From contig CBFFRP010000645.1 in assembly GCA_965644295.1 (NCBI GenBank), forward strand, positions 1 to 64,000: a stretch of 64,000 nucleotides of DNA. The letters are read 5' to 3'. Made by a program: the position numbers and the translations under genes. This document shows positions 1-14,000 of this stretch, piece after piece (the stretch's first letter is position 1; each line of letters starts with the position of its first letter). This DNA is from Paraphysomonas bandaiensis. Taxonomy: Eukaryota; Protista; Chrysophyceae. The notes under the pieces were generated by a model. The model worked only from the letters and a program-made list of their open reading frames with translations, searched no databases and was not told where the DNA came from.

Positions 1-799
1 ATATCCATAAAAACTACATACTATCGATAAATTGAAAAAAACGACTGCAAATAGGTGTTGAGTAAATGCCGCAGCATGCTAGAATGCAGATAACATATTT
101 ACACACATACAGCTATATTAACGACAATTGAGAGCACAGGTCTCCAAATCCACATGGACATTTATCAGATATAACTATGCCCAATATGCGTTTATTTTGT
201 AAAGAAAAACTGGCTATTATGCACAGTTAACAGCGTCGAAGTATTCGTCATTCGCAGCCAATAAATTGAAGCGATTATCTCAATAAGAGCCTAATATAAA
301 TATGTTTGAGCTCTGTATTTCCATATGATTCAGGCAGCACTATGAAGCATCTCTAACCTCATAGTGCAGTATTTCAAGCAGATCATACCGTATCTCTGTC
401 ATAGTATACAAACACAAATATTCTTGAAAAGGATGAAGTGTCCATTCCACATGATGTCTATCTCTAGGTGGGATATAAGCATATATATATATATATCGAC
501 TCCATATACATACATACACAGTCCATGTGCATGTGCTGTGGATATCGTATCCAGCAGCAGGAGCAGCATCTACGACATAGACTATTGTCCGGTAGAAGGT
601 ACTGAATACCGTATATTGTATTCTCTGCATCATATGTGCGTAGCTGTACGTACTGACATGCTAGTGTCATGCCATATGTTCTGTATATACGGTACTGTAC
701 GTACTCTGACATTCCACATGTTGTGTTCCGTATATACGGTATTCCAGAAACTTGTATGTACTGAACAGAATACCATAGAATACAACAAAGCGGAAGCTA

Positions 800-980
800 T
801 ATACACGCACATAAACATACACACACAATATACACATACACATACCATATACACGCACATACACATACACACACCATATACACACAATACCCGCACATAC
901 ACATACACATACACACACCATATACACACAATACCCGCACATACACATACACATACACACACCATATACACGCACATACA
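800..980. repeat. CA/TACA-rich imperfect tandem repeat upstream of the FAM32A-like gene
   Basis: Repeated units such as atacccgcacatacacatacacatacacacaccatatacac. These explain the spurious H/T/Y- and C/V/M-rich ORFs at 364-1042. Confidence 0.9.
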
Positions 981-1075
981 GCAGTGCATATCGAGGTAAT
1001 TCCACAGTGATTACACACTATTAACATACACACATCCAACACACTCCGTCTAGTATACTAACCCATCCAATCAAC

Positions 1076-1408
1076 ATGCCATCTCATATCCCTGGAAAAC
1101 TGAAACTTAAAGGTGTCTCTGAAGGAAAAAAGAAACGTAAGAAGAGAGATCGTGATGATAAGACAGTCACACAGACAGACACACAGACACATGAGACTAT
1201 AGTGAAACACACTGATATAAATGCAGATGAATTTCTAACAGAAACACAACGAAAACATCAAGCTAAAAAAATGAAATTAGAAGCAGAGAGAATGAAGGAC
1301 GTGGTTACACAGACATACAGAGACAGAGTGGAGAGTTTTAATTATAAACTAGCAACAATGACTGAGCATAATGATATTCCACGTGTTTCTGCTGCTGGTA
1401 ATGGTTAA
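1076..1408 (+). CDS. FAM32A: FAM32A / DUF1754 family small basic nuclear protein (110 aa, single exon)
   Basis: N-terminal GKLKLKG plus a Lys-rich tract, and a C-terminal TYRDRVESFNYKLATMTEHNDIPRVS matching the FAM32A end motif (..RVE.FN..L..L.EH.DIP.VS). Confidence 0.85.
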   Translation: MPSHIPGKLKLKGVSEGKKKRKKRDRDDKTVTQTDTQTHETIVKHTDINADEFLTETQRKHQAKKMKLEAERMKDVVTQTYRDRVESFNYKLATMTEHNDIPRVSAAGNG

Positions 1409-1968
1409 TCTCATATTATGGCATGTGTTTTAGTACTTCCATTGTATTGTGTTGCGAATTGGAAATGTATATATGAAATGTTATTGCCGCGGGAGTACAA
1501 TCCCTGTGTTTTATAGGAACAAGATCTTCTCACGTACAGTGGTACAGTGAGATAAATAGAACTTATTCTTGCGGAATGGGGGAATAAATAATTATGGTGT
1601 TATGATTTTTTTTAACAAACTTTCTCGAAATGAATTTTAAGGGAGGTATTGAGTCGATTGGTCACTGTCATATGACATGGTCAGCGGGTTCATAGTTTAC
1701 CTCTAAATGACTAGTAACAAAAATATATGCATATCTACTTAATATAGCAGTGCATGTTTATCCAGCATGGCTATATAGCGTAGTAGTATATAACGAAGGG
1801 TCCCTCTAAGTGTTACCTCCACGGGAAAGAGGAGTGGTGAATGTAGCTGTCGACATAACTCAATGAAATTTCAGGGCATCTCCAGAACTGCACATACTAT
1901 GAGTGATTAATGTACTGATAATAGAGGATAGGAATAGCACCCTCAACAAAGTCGGACTCGCACCAATT

Positions 1969-2091
1969 CGAAAGTGGTTGCACCTTGGTGCTTGCGGTGA
2001 CGCACAAGCAGCTTTCGCAGCATTAAATATTAGGATATCAGAGTTAAGCACTGACTCTTAAACAACCTGTCGCTAATAAGAAGACATTCAC
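1969..2091 (+). mobile_element. Dispersed repeat family A, copy 1 (~120-190 bp, structured GC-rich core)
   Basis: Core cgaaagtggttgcaccttggtgcttgcggtgacgcacaagcagctttcg ... cattcac recurs at 2339-2521 (-), 3251-3415 (-) and 40812-40955 (+). Confidence 0.85.
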
Positions 2092-2337
2092 TTAGGAATA
2101 GCGCTAAAGCTTTCTTGCAACGCTCAGCACCATACTGTAACTTAATACGGATAGTCCCGGTACATTCCAACCCTATATATAGCCTTAATACTATATTCAG
2201 ATATAACCTAAACTACTATATACCTCTTATCTCATACTACTACCTACACTACCTTCTCCTTGTCCTTGTACTATATGATAGTTTCATAAACCACCCTTTT
2301 CGCTACGCATGTTGTATATGGATGGGTAGCCTATATA

Positions 2338-2524
2338 TTGAAAGTCTTGTTATTTAGCAATAGGCGTTAAAAACTCGTGCCAATATAGTGAGTGGCTAGT
2401 TGAATGCTAGACATACTAGTTAGACCTCTACCCATAACTAATCTGCACAAATTCTATTATCCTACTATTTAGCGCTACAGAAGCTGCTTGTACGTCGCCG
2501 CAAGCACCAAGGTGCGACCACCAA
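2338..2524 (-). mobile_element. Dispersed repeat family A, copy 2, flanked by 17-bp direct repeats
   Basis: Reverse complement of the copy-1 core. Flanks gatgggtagcctatata (2321-2337) and gatgggtagcctacata (2525-2541) differ by one base. Confidence 0.8.
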
Positions 2525-3250
2525 GATGGGTAGCCTACATAAACTATTGTGGTATGCTGTTCAATTGTTGTGAATGAATGATTCTGTTTGAATAATTTCT
2601 TCAAGCTTTGTACATTATATTCAATACAATTGTTCGAACTCCATAGTATAGGATTACAAGGAATAATATTATAATAAAATTGCGGTCTTCCACAAATGTT
2701 GTGTCGATGCCGTAAAGCAGGTGTTTCCAGTCCCGTGAACTGTTGTCAGTAATGTTCTAATTAATTATTTAATGTGTTTTTAATTTTAATAATAATCAAA
2801 ATATTATTATACTACATGATAATACTACTACTTTTAATAAATGAGTTATATATGAAACATTTTTTGACAAATGGTGAAATAAATCACTTTTCCAGGTTTG
2901 GCGGCCACTTCGACGTATTGTGAGCTTGAACAAAAGAATAGGTCTTAAAAGCGGGGAATATGACACCAAATTTAGTACGACAAGGTTGAGTTATATTTTC
3001 CAGTTTCGGCATCAGTATCCAATGGAAGTGTTTATACACTTTGATGATTCTGTAGATGGTGTGGATAAAGTTTACTGTGCACAGGTAATCTAAAGATTGC
3101 AAGTCCTGCAGATACACTGAGGTATAATCAAGGATGGTACAGTAAGATGCAGGTCGTCTGAGGAATTGGAGGAGCATTCACATTTTGCATTGACGTAATG
3201 ATAACAACACTTGAATGGGCTTCGTAGATGGAGGAGATGCTATTGAAGTC

Positions 3251-3415
3251 GTGAATGCTCTATTATCATTAGCAACAGGCGTTAAAGAGTCAGGACTAAT
3301 TTCGCATTGCAATTTAACTAATAACTAGTGCTTCACTCTGATATCCTACTATTTAGCGCTACGAAAGCTGCTTGTGCGTCACCGCAAGCACCAAGGTGCA
3401 GCCACATTCTCTCTA
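3251..3415 (-). mobile_element. Dispersed repeat family A, copy 3
   Basis: gtgaatgc...cgaaagctgcttgtgcgtcaccgcaagcaccaaggtgcagccacattctctcta is the reverse complement of copies 1 and 4. Confidence 0.85.
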
Positions 3416-3504
3416 TCACTCAAAGCAAACGCCTTGTGAAAGCGGAATGTTGATATACCTTACATTTGCTGACTTCAGGATTTTTGAATCCTTAAGGTGA
3501 ACAG

Positions 3505-3800
3505 CCCGGATGCTTGACTTCAGCAGGCAACCCAATATCCCGAATGCCCTTGGGGTGGGTCCATTCCTAGATGCTTGACTTCAGTAGGCAGCCCAATACC
3601 CCGGATGCTTGTCTATTCGTCAAGGCCCAAAGACGTCTACACAATTGGCACTTATAAAGTGTCCCTTGTATCATGTACCACAGAAGCATTTGGCTATGAG
3701 TAGGCAGAACAGTATCTGCTGACTATGTTTGTGGCTCATGTTAGTTTACCGGACAACTCTCTCCCGTACTTATCCCCCAGAACATCACGAAAAGATGCGA
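3505..3800 (+). repeat. Dispersed repeat family B, copy 1 (with internal duplications of ggatgcttgacttcag...cccaata)
   Basis: Reverse complement of 33734-33943; shared blocks include gcccaaagacgtctacacaattggca, catttggctatg and tccccagaaca. Confidence 0.85.
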
Positions 3801-4458
3801 GTCCAACTTTGTTGAGGGGTGATATTGAAGTAGTTGCAGGTTGCAGAGAGGTTGACCATAAAATCTGTTACTACACTTGATTGAAAAGTATAAATTATGA
3901 TTATTGCTATGAATGAATCACGGTTGATGGCAATGCTTTGAACAATGAATGCTTGTGAGTGAAAAAGAAAATAAGTGCAGTGTGTGTATGTACGATATTG
4001 AAGTATGACCATACGAAAAACACGATACTAAGTAGACTTCAACTGTAACATATTTGCTTAATTTACTTGCTTTTGAACGAAATGAGATATATAATAAGAT
4101 AATATCTGAACAAGACATGTCATAAAACCAGGCAAATATATCTATTGTTCCAACAATATACCATTGCGCCAACAACACCCTAAGAAAATAGTTTAAACTA
4201 CTAACGGATTATATACACTCCAATGGGAACATGACATGAGAACGTATGTTGTCAGAAGAGCAGAGTGCAAGGAAAACACCAAGTGTCTGCCTATGCACGT
4301 CCTCGAAAATTATTCACCTAAACACTTTAGAAAACGGAAACAATGCACGAAGAAAGTGGGGACCATGATTGGTAACTATAATACTCGTGGATAATGCGTG
4401 CAGTATCACGCATACCAACAATTGCAAACGTACAGATATATACATATGCCCGACTGGA

Positions 4459-7400
4459 CTACTGCGTAGAAACGTTGCATTCTCTGAGGCATCTTTGCAG
4501 CATTTTGACCGCCAGGGGTTTGGGAATGAAAGCGTTCATACCTATGTATAAAGTTAAAGGATATACACACCACACATCTCTCATTGCGATGAATACACAA
4601 ATGAATATAACAGTACTATTAATATTCCATACAACTTCCCACACAGCCCACCTGCCGTGAGGGCTTCCTTTCGGGTGTCATCGTCTGAATTAGCAGAGAG
4701 GCCTATGATTATTTGACGTTCGCCCAGGCTAGATTGAGACTCATATTCCCGTAAGAGGTGCGTGGATTCAATCCCATCCATTACAGGCACTATACAACAT
4801 ATATAAGGACAAAAGCATATAGAGTAGTAATTGACGGCATCGACATTCAAATGTGTCAAGCAAGATCCAAAGGGGGCATATAGGCGCTTCACAGAACAAC
4901 TTACTTTGGATATCCATCAGCACAAAAGCATATAATTGCTTCTTCATCATATCGAGAGCAATACGACCATTTTGGGCAATTGAAACTCGGTAACCAGCTT
5001 TACGCAGCATGCGACTGGTACTCTTCTGGACCACGATAGCATCATCTACCAATAAAACTTCTACGTTTACTTTTTCCGGTAAACTATGAGATACATCAAC
5101 ATCGTCCGGCAAATTAAGCGATATCGAAGACGGAATAGGATGTGATGCCGGCTCTGAAACAGGTATCTCATCTGTAGTGACGTGGGGATGAGATGCTGAA
5201 GAGCATACAGTCGAAGCAGGTTGAGACCGCGTGTTTTCGCCTATATCACTGATCGTTGAGCTATTTCCATCGTCGGGGCATATCTCAATGGTACTTCCTA
5301 TGGCATTATCGACTGGCTCTTTGTAAGAACAATTAAGACTCTTTGGTGTAACCCGTAGAAGTCTTCCAGATGATCGCTCACTGTTACCACCAGTGTAATC
5401 CGGTATATAAGGCACTGCGAACCAAAAACACGACCCTTCAACGACGTTTTGCCCATCCGCACGTTGTACTATTCTATCTCGCATGCCACATACACCACCT
5501 AGAGCTTCCATGCGTTTCATAAGACAGTATAAGCCTAAACCAGTGCCCCCAGTGAGACGGCGGGTCTGTCCGTAAGGCTGGAAGAGATAGCCTTTCTCTG
5601 AGTCTGGAACTCCAATTCCTGTATATCGAAGACGTATTTAAAGATACATAAATGCAAAGAAAGATACATAAATGTTCGTATATAGGCACCTGTATCATAC
5701 ACCTCCACAACTACGAATGTGTTGTCTCCACCCCACATGCCTCTCTCATTCATCTCCAGCGCCTCGAATCTTCTCTCGCTTTTCACATCTATTGGGGTTG
5801 GGACAAATCGACTGGACGGACTGGGTGGTGGTGTCTGAACAGAGTTCCTTGATTTGGAAGTTGAATTCAGTGATCCCAGCTGGACAGTAGATGACTTGCC
5901 TCCCTCAGAAGGGGGAACAATATCACGAGTTATGTAAACCTGCAACGCAATCTCGCCGGTACAGGTATATCTATGGGCATTAGATAGCAAGCATAAAATA
6001 TTCTCACTCAACCACTGTTTGTCTATATAAATGTATGTTAAAATACAGCGATGAGAGTTTAGTACCATAGAAAATACCTGAAATTATATATGGGCATACC
6101 CGAGGTGAAATAGGGTAAATTGATGTCTTAACACTGTCTTGCTCTGAGGTTGTCAGGGAAACAGCCCAATTGACAGTGCTGGGAATGTGAATGGTAGTCA
6201 TGTTAGGAACCAATGGAAGCCCACATGATGCTTTCCTATAATCAATCGCTCTGTGTATCGTCATATTCATAAATCCCACCGTTCGCTTTAGAGCAGCTAC
6301 TGTTTGAAGAGGTTTGAAGACAGTATTGCCGCATGAACTTAAATTGGCAGTCTCATTACATAAAGAGTAGTCATCTTCATCATCTGTGTACGGCTCCATG
6401 CCAGTATACGTGTACAGCTCCTCTCTCAGTTCATTGAGGTCGAGAACAAGGGCCTGCATAGGAGTCTTCATATCGTGCGCTAAATTTCCTGCCAAAAAAT
6501 GTTATACATATGACAACTCAATAGTCATAATATCACGTCATAAAGCAATTATACATACACATTCTAATAATCTCTAATAAAGCTAATAAAATGGTTATGT
6601 GAAATTTCGCAACCCCAACACTGACCTATGATAACCTTCATCTGTATCTGCTCGTTCTTCATGTCATCTTGAACACGTTCCGACAAAAACATCTCTCTTG
6701 CCTGCTGTTCATGGTTTTCCCACCCGATGAAGGTCTGTAGTGTTTTCCTCTCGATATCGTACAGTACAATTCCTAGAAGGAGAACAAATACTGGTACAAC
6801 AACAACGTCGGTTGCATGAAACGATATAATGGAAGCTACCATGATGCCCATGGTAATAATCCACGACAATATCAGAGCAGAAACTGTATGTGTTTTAACA
6901 ATTACAGGAAGTACCATAAGAAACACAGTGTTCGAAAGCATCGTATCGATCGGTAAACCATCCATACCATGCATTGGGTTACACACTGATGTACCACTGT
7001 AACCATCACAATCACCTATTAATCCTCTAGCAAATAGCAATACACCACCGCTTATAGCATGCCATATAATTAAACAATTCCCTGTATTTGTTGTACTAAT
7101 AAAACGATTTCGTATATTTGGTAATGCTGTAACACAATCCTCTAAGAGTATATACAGTAGTATCCAACCAAATATAACTGAGAATACTCTCACATAACGA
7201 GCAATAATAATCTCTATAGGGGCGTATATAATAACATCATGTATAGCAGCGTATATGTATAAGGTTGATAAGATAAACAGCATGAGCCCCAATAGAGCAG
7301 GAGATGTTTCATGTTCTTTAAAGGATTCATATTTAAGTCGTAAAGATTTCTCTGATATAATTAAAAAATAACGTTCATAATGATTCCATAACCACATCAT
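4459..7400 (-). CDS. Multi-exon membrane hybrid histidine kinase (multi-TM sensor + HisKA + HATPase_c + REC)
   Basis: Hydrophobic multi-helix exon at 6626-7400. H-box GNLAHDMKTP; N-box WLSENILCLLSNAHRYT; G1 VEVYDTG; G2 GGTGLGL followed by KRMEALGG..GSCFWF. Receiver VLLVDD...VLMDIQ|MPVMDG...IIGLSANSD...ALTAG|MNAFIPKP ends at the 4459 stop. Pieces are joined by short GT-AG introns; the start codon is uncertain. Confidence 0.9.
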
Positions 7401-8005
7401 ATATGTATATACTGGATGAGTTTATCTTAATATGATGATGTTACAGTGAGAGCATGAGGCACAAGTATCAGACAGAGTATGTATACATACATACATGCAG
7501 CATACAGCCCACCATATGGAGGGATGGGTCTACATATACACACTATATCTCTATACGTATATCCATATGTTCCTTCTGTTGTATAGTCAAGATATCTTGT
7601 GATTGTTTTTTTTTGGAAGGGATCCGTTATTGAGGGATTCTATCGTACGCCTTTGTCCTTATTCCACTTCACTTCCATTCATTTTGACCTTTTTTTGTTT
7701 TGGTTTTAAACTCTGTATTTAATTGGGACCATTCATACAGAGTGTATGTGATTATGGATATTTTTCATCCATTTTCATGGACAAAAATCCAATTTACTTG
7801 AAATTATAGAATAAAAACCCATTTTACCTAAAATTATAGAATAAAAATTAGAAATAGAGAATTCAAAGTTTGAAAAAAAAAGTCATACATCTAATGAGAA
7901 CAATCTCAGCTCTCCTCCTCTTAACATACACACACAGCAGGGCCCTCATATCATCGTATCATACATCTCATTAAACCATATTACAAATCAAAGTATATTA
8001 AAAGA

Positions 8006-11000
8006 ATGTCTTATTTCAGAGATACATTAGTAAGATGCGGTATGTTTATTAATAACAATCAAGTGATATGCCATGAACCAAGTCGATCAGTTCGACACTT
8101 AGAGGCATGCCTTCGTCAACAACCATTAAGAAAAAAAGAATTTCTATCATCAATGAAAGCATTTATGGATGATAATGATAGTCTTCATCTATCTATTGGC
8201 CCCATACAGAGCAGTGATGTGTCTAATGAGTTGAACAGTACTATGAGCGCATATACTCAGGCGGATTCTCTCTTGCGTCTTCTTCTACGAGTTCAGCCTA
8301 TTCAAGAAGAATTAATTGAATTTACATTACAGAAAATAGTTTCTATTGTGGCATCAGAAAGTTGTAATACGGAAAATACACATGATGATGTCAACATGCC
8401 AATGGTGCTACTCAACCACCTCCGCTGGTGTGATATCATATACGACTCAACTAGTCTTATCAGCCACTTAATGGATGCTGTTCAGGTGCATGTTTTTTAT
8501 AGTTTAAAAGCAGTGTGTTTTTTATTCTTGGCATTATATTTCGCGGTGTGTACTTGTAAAATCCACCCATAATTATATCGTGTATTAGATATTACCCACG
8601 ACAATGCAAATAGAGGTTATATCAAGCATACCAGGTTTAACCAATGAATCAACAAGTGATATGAACTCGTTAGTACACGACCTGCAAAATCTGTCCGAGG
8701 TAAGATTTTTTGTTGTAGGCTTAACGTTTTCTACGACATGAAATTGTGCTGTGCTATATGGCAATCCGCGTATGCAATGAATTCGGTACATCAAGTGTAG
8801 TATATGTAAACCTCTGTGCATAAATACATCGTGCTCTGGTTGCTATTGTATGTACATTACACTGTGGTGCATTTGTAGCATTTAATGAATGAGTTCTGAA
8901 ACGTAGAGTCATCAAGAGTTAGTTCCATGTGTGCTGGAGGCTGTTTCTAATCTATGCTTGGCTACTGATTCGGAGGCATTTAATAGTATGGTCTCGTACG
9001 GGATACAGCTTCTTAATTCTGCTGATGTTTCTCAGCTGCCTGCCATTAGTCGATTTTTGCTTGATTGTGCAGGTACAAATCCAGTTTATTCACATGCGTT
9101 ATATATCTGATGGTGTGCGAAATATATCTGTGTGAATTGCATAAATGACAAGTCTATCAGGAGAGAGCAATTCTGAGTCGATATGGAGGGAAACTAGAGA
9201 AACTATTAGCATTTTTTTTAGGTCCTGTAGCAGTACGACATGTAAGTTGAATCGGCTGACCATGCTGTGCCGATGTGAATTGCATACGATACGACGTATT
9301 CATTGTACTATGTAGACTGATAGAATAGTACACTCATGTAAAGCTTTTTCAACAACCTATATGTTTGTGCACGAATTTTATTTCACTATGATATGCTTTC
9401 ACCACTTGTAATCGCTTATAACATTTTTATTCAGCTTCTCCCGGCCCCGAAGTTTTAAATTTTCAGAGTATCATTGTTTCCATACTCAAGACAGCATTTT
9501 TGGCTAATCCTCATCTATATGCATCGTTATTAATGGTCCTTAAGGGGGGGCGAGAAGCAGAATCTGATGATAATACGTTTCTGGAGCCTTGTCCAGTGGA
9601 CATGTGGGTGATTTATGCATTATCAGGTATAGCGCTTAAGGATGGTGTATAGATGGGAAGATATATGCTGTAGTCTGTGGTAATTATTTTAGAATATTGT
9701 GCTCTGCATTCTATTTGGAAATATTGTGGGATGTAGTAGAATGTAGAATACTCATTGTCATAGTTGTTAACAATATTTTACAGAGTCCGCAAAATACAGG
9801 AGTAAATTGCACACTTTTTTGATTAAGCAAGTGGAATCCGGAGTAATGACTTATAACACCATTCAAAGGTCTATTAAAGGTAAAGCAGTGCGTAATATGA
9901 AATGGAAAACATGAGCGATTCCTAGTAATCAACGTTGGCTATGTGGACATGCTGTATATTTAGTAAATATGGATATTTGTCGAGTAGCACTAATGTTTGA
10001 CGATCTAGTTTCGTAGCGTATATTGACTTAGCAGATGTCAGCTCATTATTTTAACGTACTCACAGAGTCTCCGATAGCCGTCGAGTCTATTTTCCCTAGT
10101 ATACTGTGTTTGGGTCAAACACTCTTAGCATCTTCTAGAATAGGAAAGGCTTCACAGTTAGCACACAAATTGGGTGTGTGGCTGTATTACAGTCTGTACA
10201 GCGGGATTTCCAGTGCTTCGTGTAGACAGGAAGTTATAGCAGCTCTGGTAGTCCATGCTGGAGCCCCTAATGAAAAGGAAGGTGCGCAAATTTTCTATAT
10301 GCTGGATCTTGTATGGAGTGGAATTGTAGAGTTCGCTGTATAGCGTTTCACAGCAGTGAATATCATATCTGAGTAACATTCCTTATATATCGCTAGCTTC
10401 AGCTTCATATTGTACTATCATCTTTATAGCAGCTGTATCGTTTGGCTGCATGTTACGCTGCATGTATCTAGGATAGTCATATGTAATTTCCGATTGTATA
10501 TTGTTTCGTATGCAGAGTACAGCACGTTGTATAAGCTGTAGCTTTTGTGGTAGATATTATGGTTTCTACATGTATTGCTGTAGACAACGATGTCATGTGA
10601 TACTTCACCGCAGCGATGTGTGCTTTTCGTGTTTTTGATGCCATCTCCACTGTTGAGAGAGACGCTATTCTGGGCGGAGCAGACGGCGGTGGTAGTAATA
10701 AGGCTAGTCTGAGGACATTTTTACCCTTTATTAAGAGTTTATTGGAAGACATACAATCACTGAGTCAGTTGCAGCAATGGATTTTATTCAGGTTCGGTAT
10801 TGTCGTGATGTGAAACGTATATATGTTGTTATGTACAGCAGCATCGTTTAATTAGTAAATTTTATATTACAAGTATACAGTACGATTGTTCGCCGTGCAC
10901 CTTTTTAATTTGATTGAGACTGTCGTAAATTAACTCTGTTCCGTAGAGTACTTTTTCAGTGCAGCCTAGTTTCACCAGGCATCCGAGCAAGTGCATCCAG

Positions 11001-14000
11001 TGCACATGTGTTGGAGATGATCGCTTCAGCACCTATTGACGACATCATGATACTTTTAAAAAAGTATGCGGCAACTATGAGCTCCAGGTATTTGTTGCAT
11101 TACATGCATTACTTATTCTTTTCGCTATGGATACCATTTTTGAGTAACTTATTCATAGAAATATGTGGTATTTTCTGATGTAGCTAATCATTGATGTTGT
11201 TACAGACAGCGGAAAATTGCAGTCATAGGACAGCTAGCTTATATAGTTGAGGTATAGCTGATGTAATTTTGAGTGTGTTATATGTATTATACTCGGCCAG
11301 TTCTTGTGGGTGGGTGTTGCCAATTGACAGCTAACCCTATTATATTTTGAACCATATAAGTGCATGTGTAATTAGAATGTTTGGTATTATTTTGCTGTGT
11401 ATGTATTTTATGTACCTGTATGACAGGAAGCCATTGTGCTGAATGCCCTTGGTATAACACGTTCCCCTGCAATTGAATCGAGTAGCACCATTGATCCTTC
11501 CCAGTTGGACCCCCCACCTCCTCTACCGTGTATAGAACGCCTAAAAAAACTGTTGGCATCATTTTCGGACGACACAGCTTCCATGGGGTTTCTGATAGAG
11601 GAGTTAGCCCGCGTGGCTGATACGAGGTGGTGTGTGATAGCGTTTTATGGTGATGACATGTAGATGAGTATGTGTGATATGAGTATATGGAAAGTCTGTC
11701 ACTCTTTGAATATATTCCTCCTATGTGCCTGTGTATATTGCCTGTTAACTGATGTATGCACCAGGGGTTATGTGGACTGCGCTGTTTCTAGCCCGTATAC
11801 TATATCTGATTCAGAACTACTCACTTACCTGTCTGATACTATGGAAGACCGCATATATACTTTTATTGGTGGAATTGATGACGAAGATGCGGGGAGTGGA
11901 AACATTGATGCAGATGTGGCAAATAAAATGGCTTGTGGAAAATATTATGATATGAACGGTATTATACTCTAATATATATACTAATGAATGTATATATATA
12001 CATCACAGTTTCTGCGTACTATTATTGGCTATGTGTACATGTACACATGTAATATGTGATTATACACTGTTTATTCTAACCTCTCCTTTTATACAGAGAG
12101 TTTGAGTAGTGCGTATGTAAAGGTGTTTGACACCGTATATGCCGATAGTACTGCTCAATCAATGGACAAAAAGCGCGCCCCAATAATGAGCCAGGTGTTG
12201 CATGCTGTGTGTGCTTGTCAGCGAGCTACCGTGGGACACCTCACGGACATAGGCCTGCTATTGGGCATGTCTATTGAGCTGCCACTACAGGTACCTAGTA
12301 GTGATGTATCAAGTGTAGTATAGCATTGTACTCATATTAATAATGAACAGTAATGCACGTAGTGTTTTAAATGTTAGTATATTGCATACAGCGAAAATGT
12401 TGTATATATTTCAATGTCGTGAAGAACATATTATATTGTGTGAATATATAAATACTATGAGCACGGTTAACTTAACAGTGCATAGGATATATTTGACAGG
12501 GCAGAGGCTTTTGAAACACATGACAGACAGGTACTGCTGTGTGTCCATAGAGTACACAGATACGTACTTTTCCTCGTATGTATGTTTTTTCGGTGTGATT
12601 ATGCGAATAGGATATTAAATATATAAGTTATCATACTGTCGACATATGAAGAGTGTAGAATTATAGCGTTATGTTATACAGATAATATGCGAGTCACTTC
12701 ATCGGGCAGTGGAATGGGTCAGATCTATATTGAATAGCTTTAGTGACACATCTGTGCTGCCAAACTCGGAAAACTGGAAACTGGTCACTAGAGTGAATCA
12801 TTTGGTACGTTTTTGTCGAATGTCATATACTTCAAATTAAATTAAGTTTTCTAGAATGTGTATGATATCCATATATGAAATTTTGCTGTAGGACATAACT
12901 CCTTTAGTATTGCTTGTATAGTGTTCTGCATTTATTCTACAAAAGTTTTGTGCTTATTTATTTCCATATTTGTATCCGTTCACTTCTAATATTTGAATGG
13001 TGTCAACAACAGATATCCTTGGAAAATGATCTGTACAGTCATTGTCAGAGGAATCCCGAATATATATCACACATTGCTCCGAACGCTCATGTTGGTACAT
13101 ACAACCCAGCGACAGGTTAGTTGTATATGAACACATACTGTTGAATCTCGCTATGTTTCTATGGTCACATGTTTCTATAGGGAAGCGCATTACGAACAAA
13201 GCTTCTGGCAGTTCGAAAAGTCAACGCTGTCAGTTGCCTCCTGTAGGACAGTTGCTGGTATTGGGCGACATCGTTAAACTTTTCGATGATATACTCAGGT
13301 GTGTATATATATCTGCCCGCAATGCCATTCTACCTTGCATGGTTGTCGTACGTGGCTGACGTAAGCTGCATGCTGGTCATTAATAGTTCCTGTCTATCCT
13401 GAGCAGGCCATTGTCGAGCAACGTATCTATTGTTCTTGGGTTTGGAGTTAAGCCGCTTTTATATAATCCCAGCATCTCTGTCACGCAATCCACGCAACAT
13501 ACTGAGAGCTTACCAGAAACAACTTCCGCAACTCACAGCGAAACACTTACAGTTAAACTGGAAGATGGATCAGTATTGCGACTTCTGCAGCACACAGCAG
13601 ATAGGTACACAACATTACATTGTGATGTACTCTATAGCATAGATGTCGTACGTTGCACACGTGCAGGATATGTGTATTGTATGTAGCACATCCTACTGGT
13701 AATATTCTATCTATGATATGATCAGCGCATATGAATGGTAGCCCTGTAGTACCTATATGTGATCATCAGTCTGCAATATACGAATATAGTTATTACGTTT
13801 TGTCATCTCTGCCTGTGTGTAGTATGGAACTGTTCCTGAATAACAGTGCGGATCCCACAGTTGGACTATTGAATAATGATAGTTCTGCTGTATCCAGCCC
13901 TTTTATGTCATACCTTCAACGTCTTTACCAAACGGAAGTTTTTCAGCCCCTTGGTGTGGTCCTCAATAGGTAATTACACAGATGAAGTTTTTCAAGGACA

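Noticed and set aside
340-1042. ORFs of 80-211 aa at the window start
   Set aside because: Mostly microsatellite-derived, with no recognisable protein motif. A gene end from outside the window cannot be excluded.
1969-2091. Family A as a hammerhead ribozyme, 5S rRNA or group II intron
   Set aside because: There is no CUGANGA core with a matching UH site, only a 7-nt gttaagc resemblance to 5S, and the domain V-like stem lacks the AGC triad and all other intron domains.
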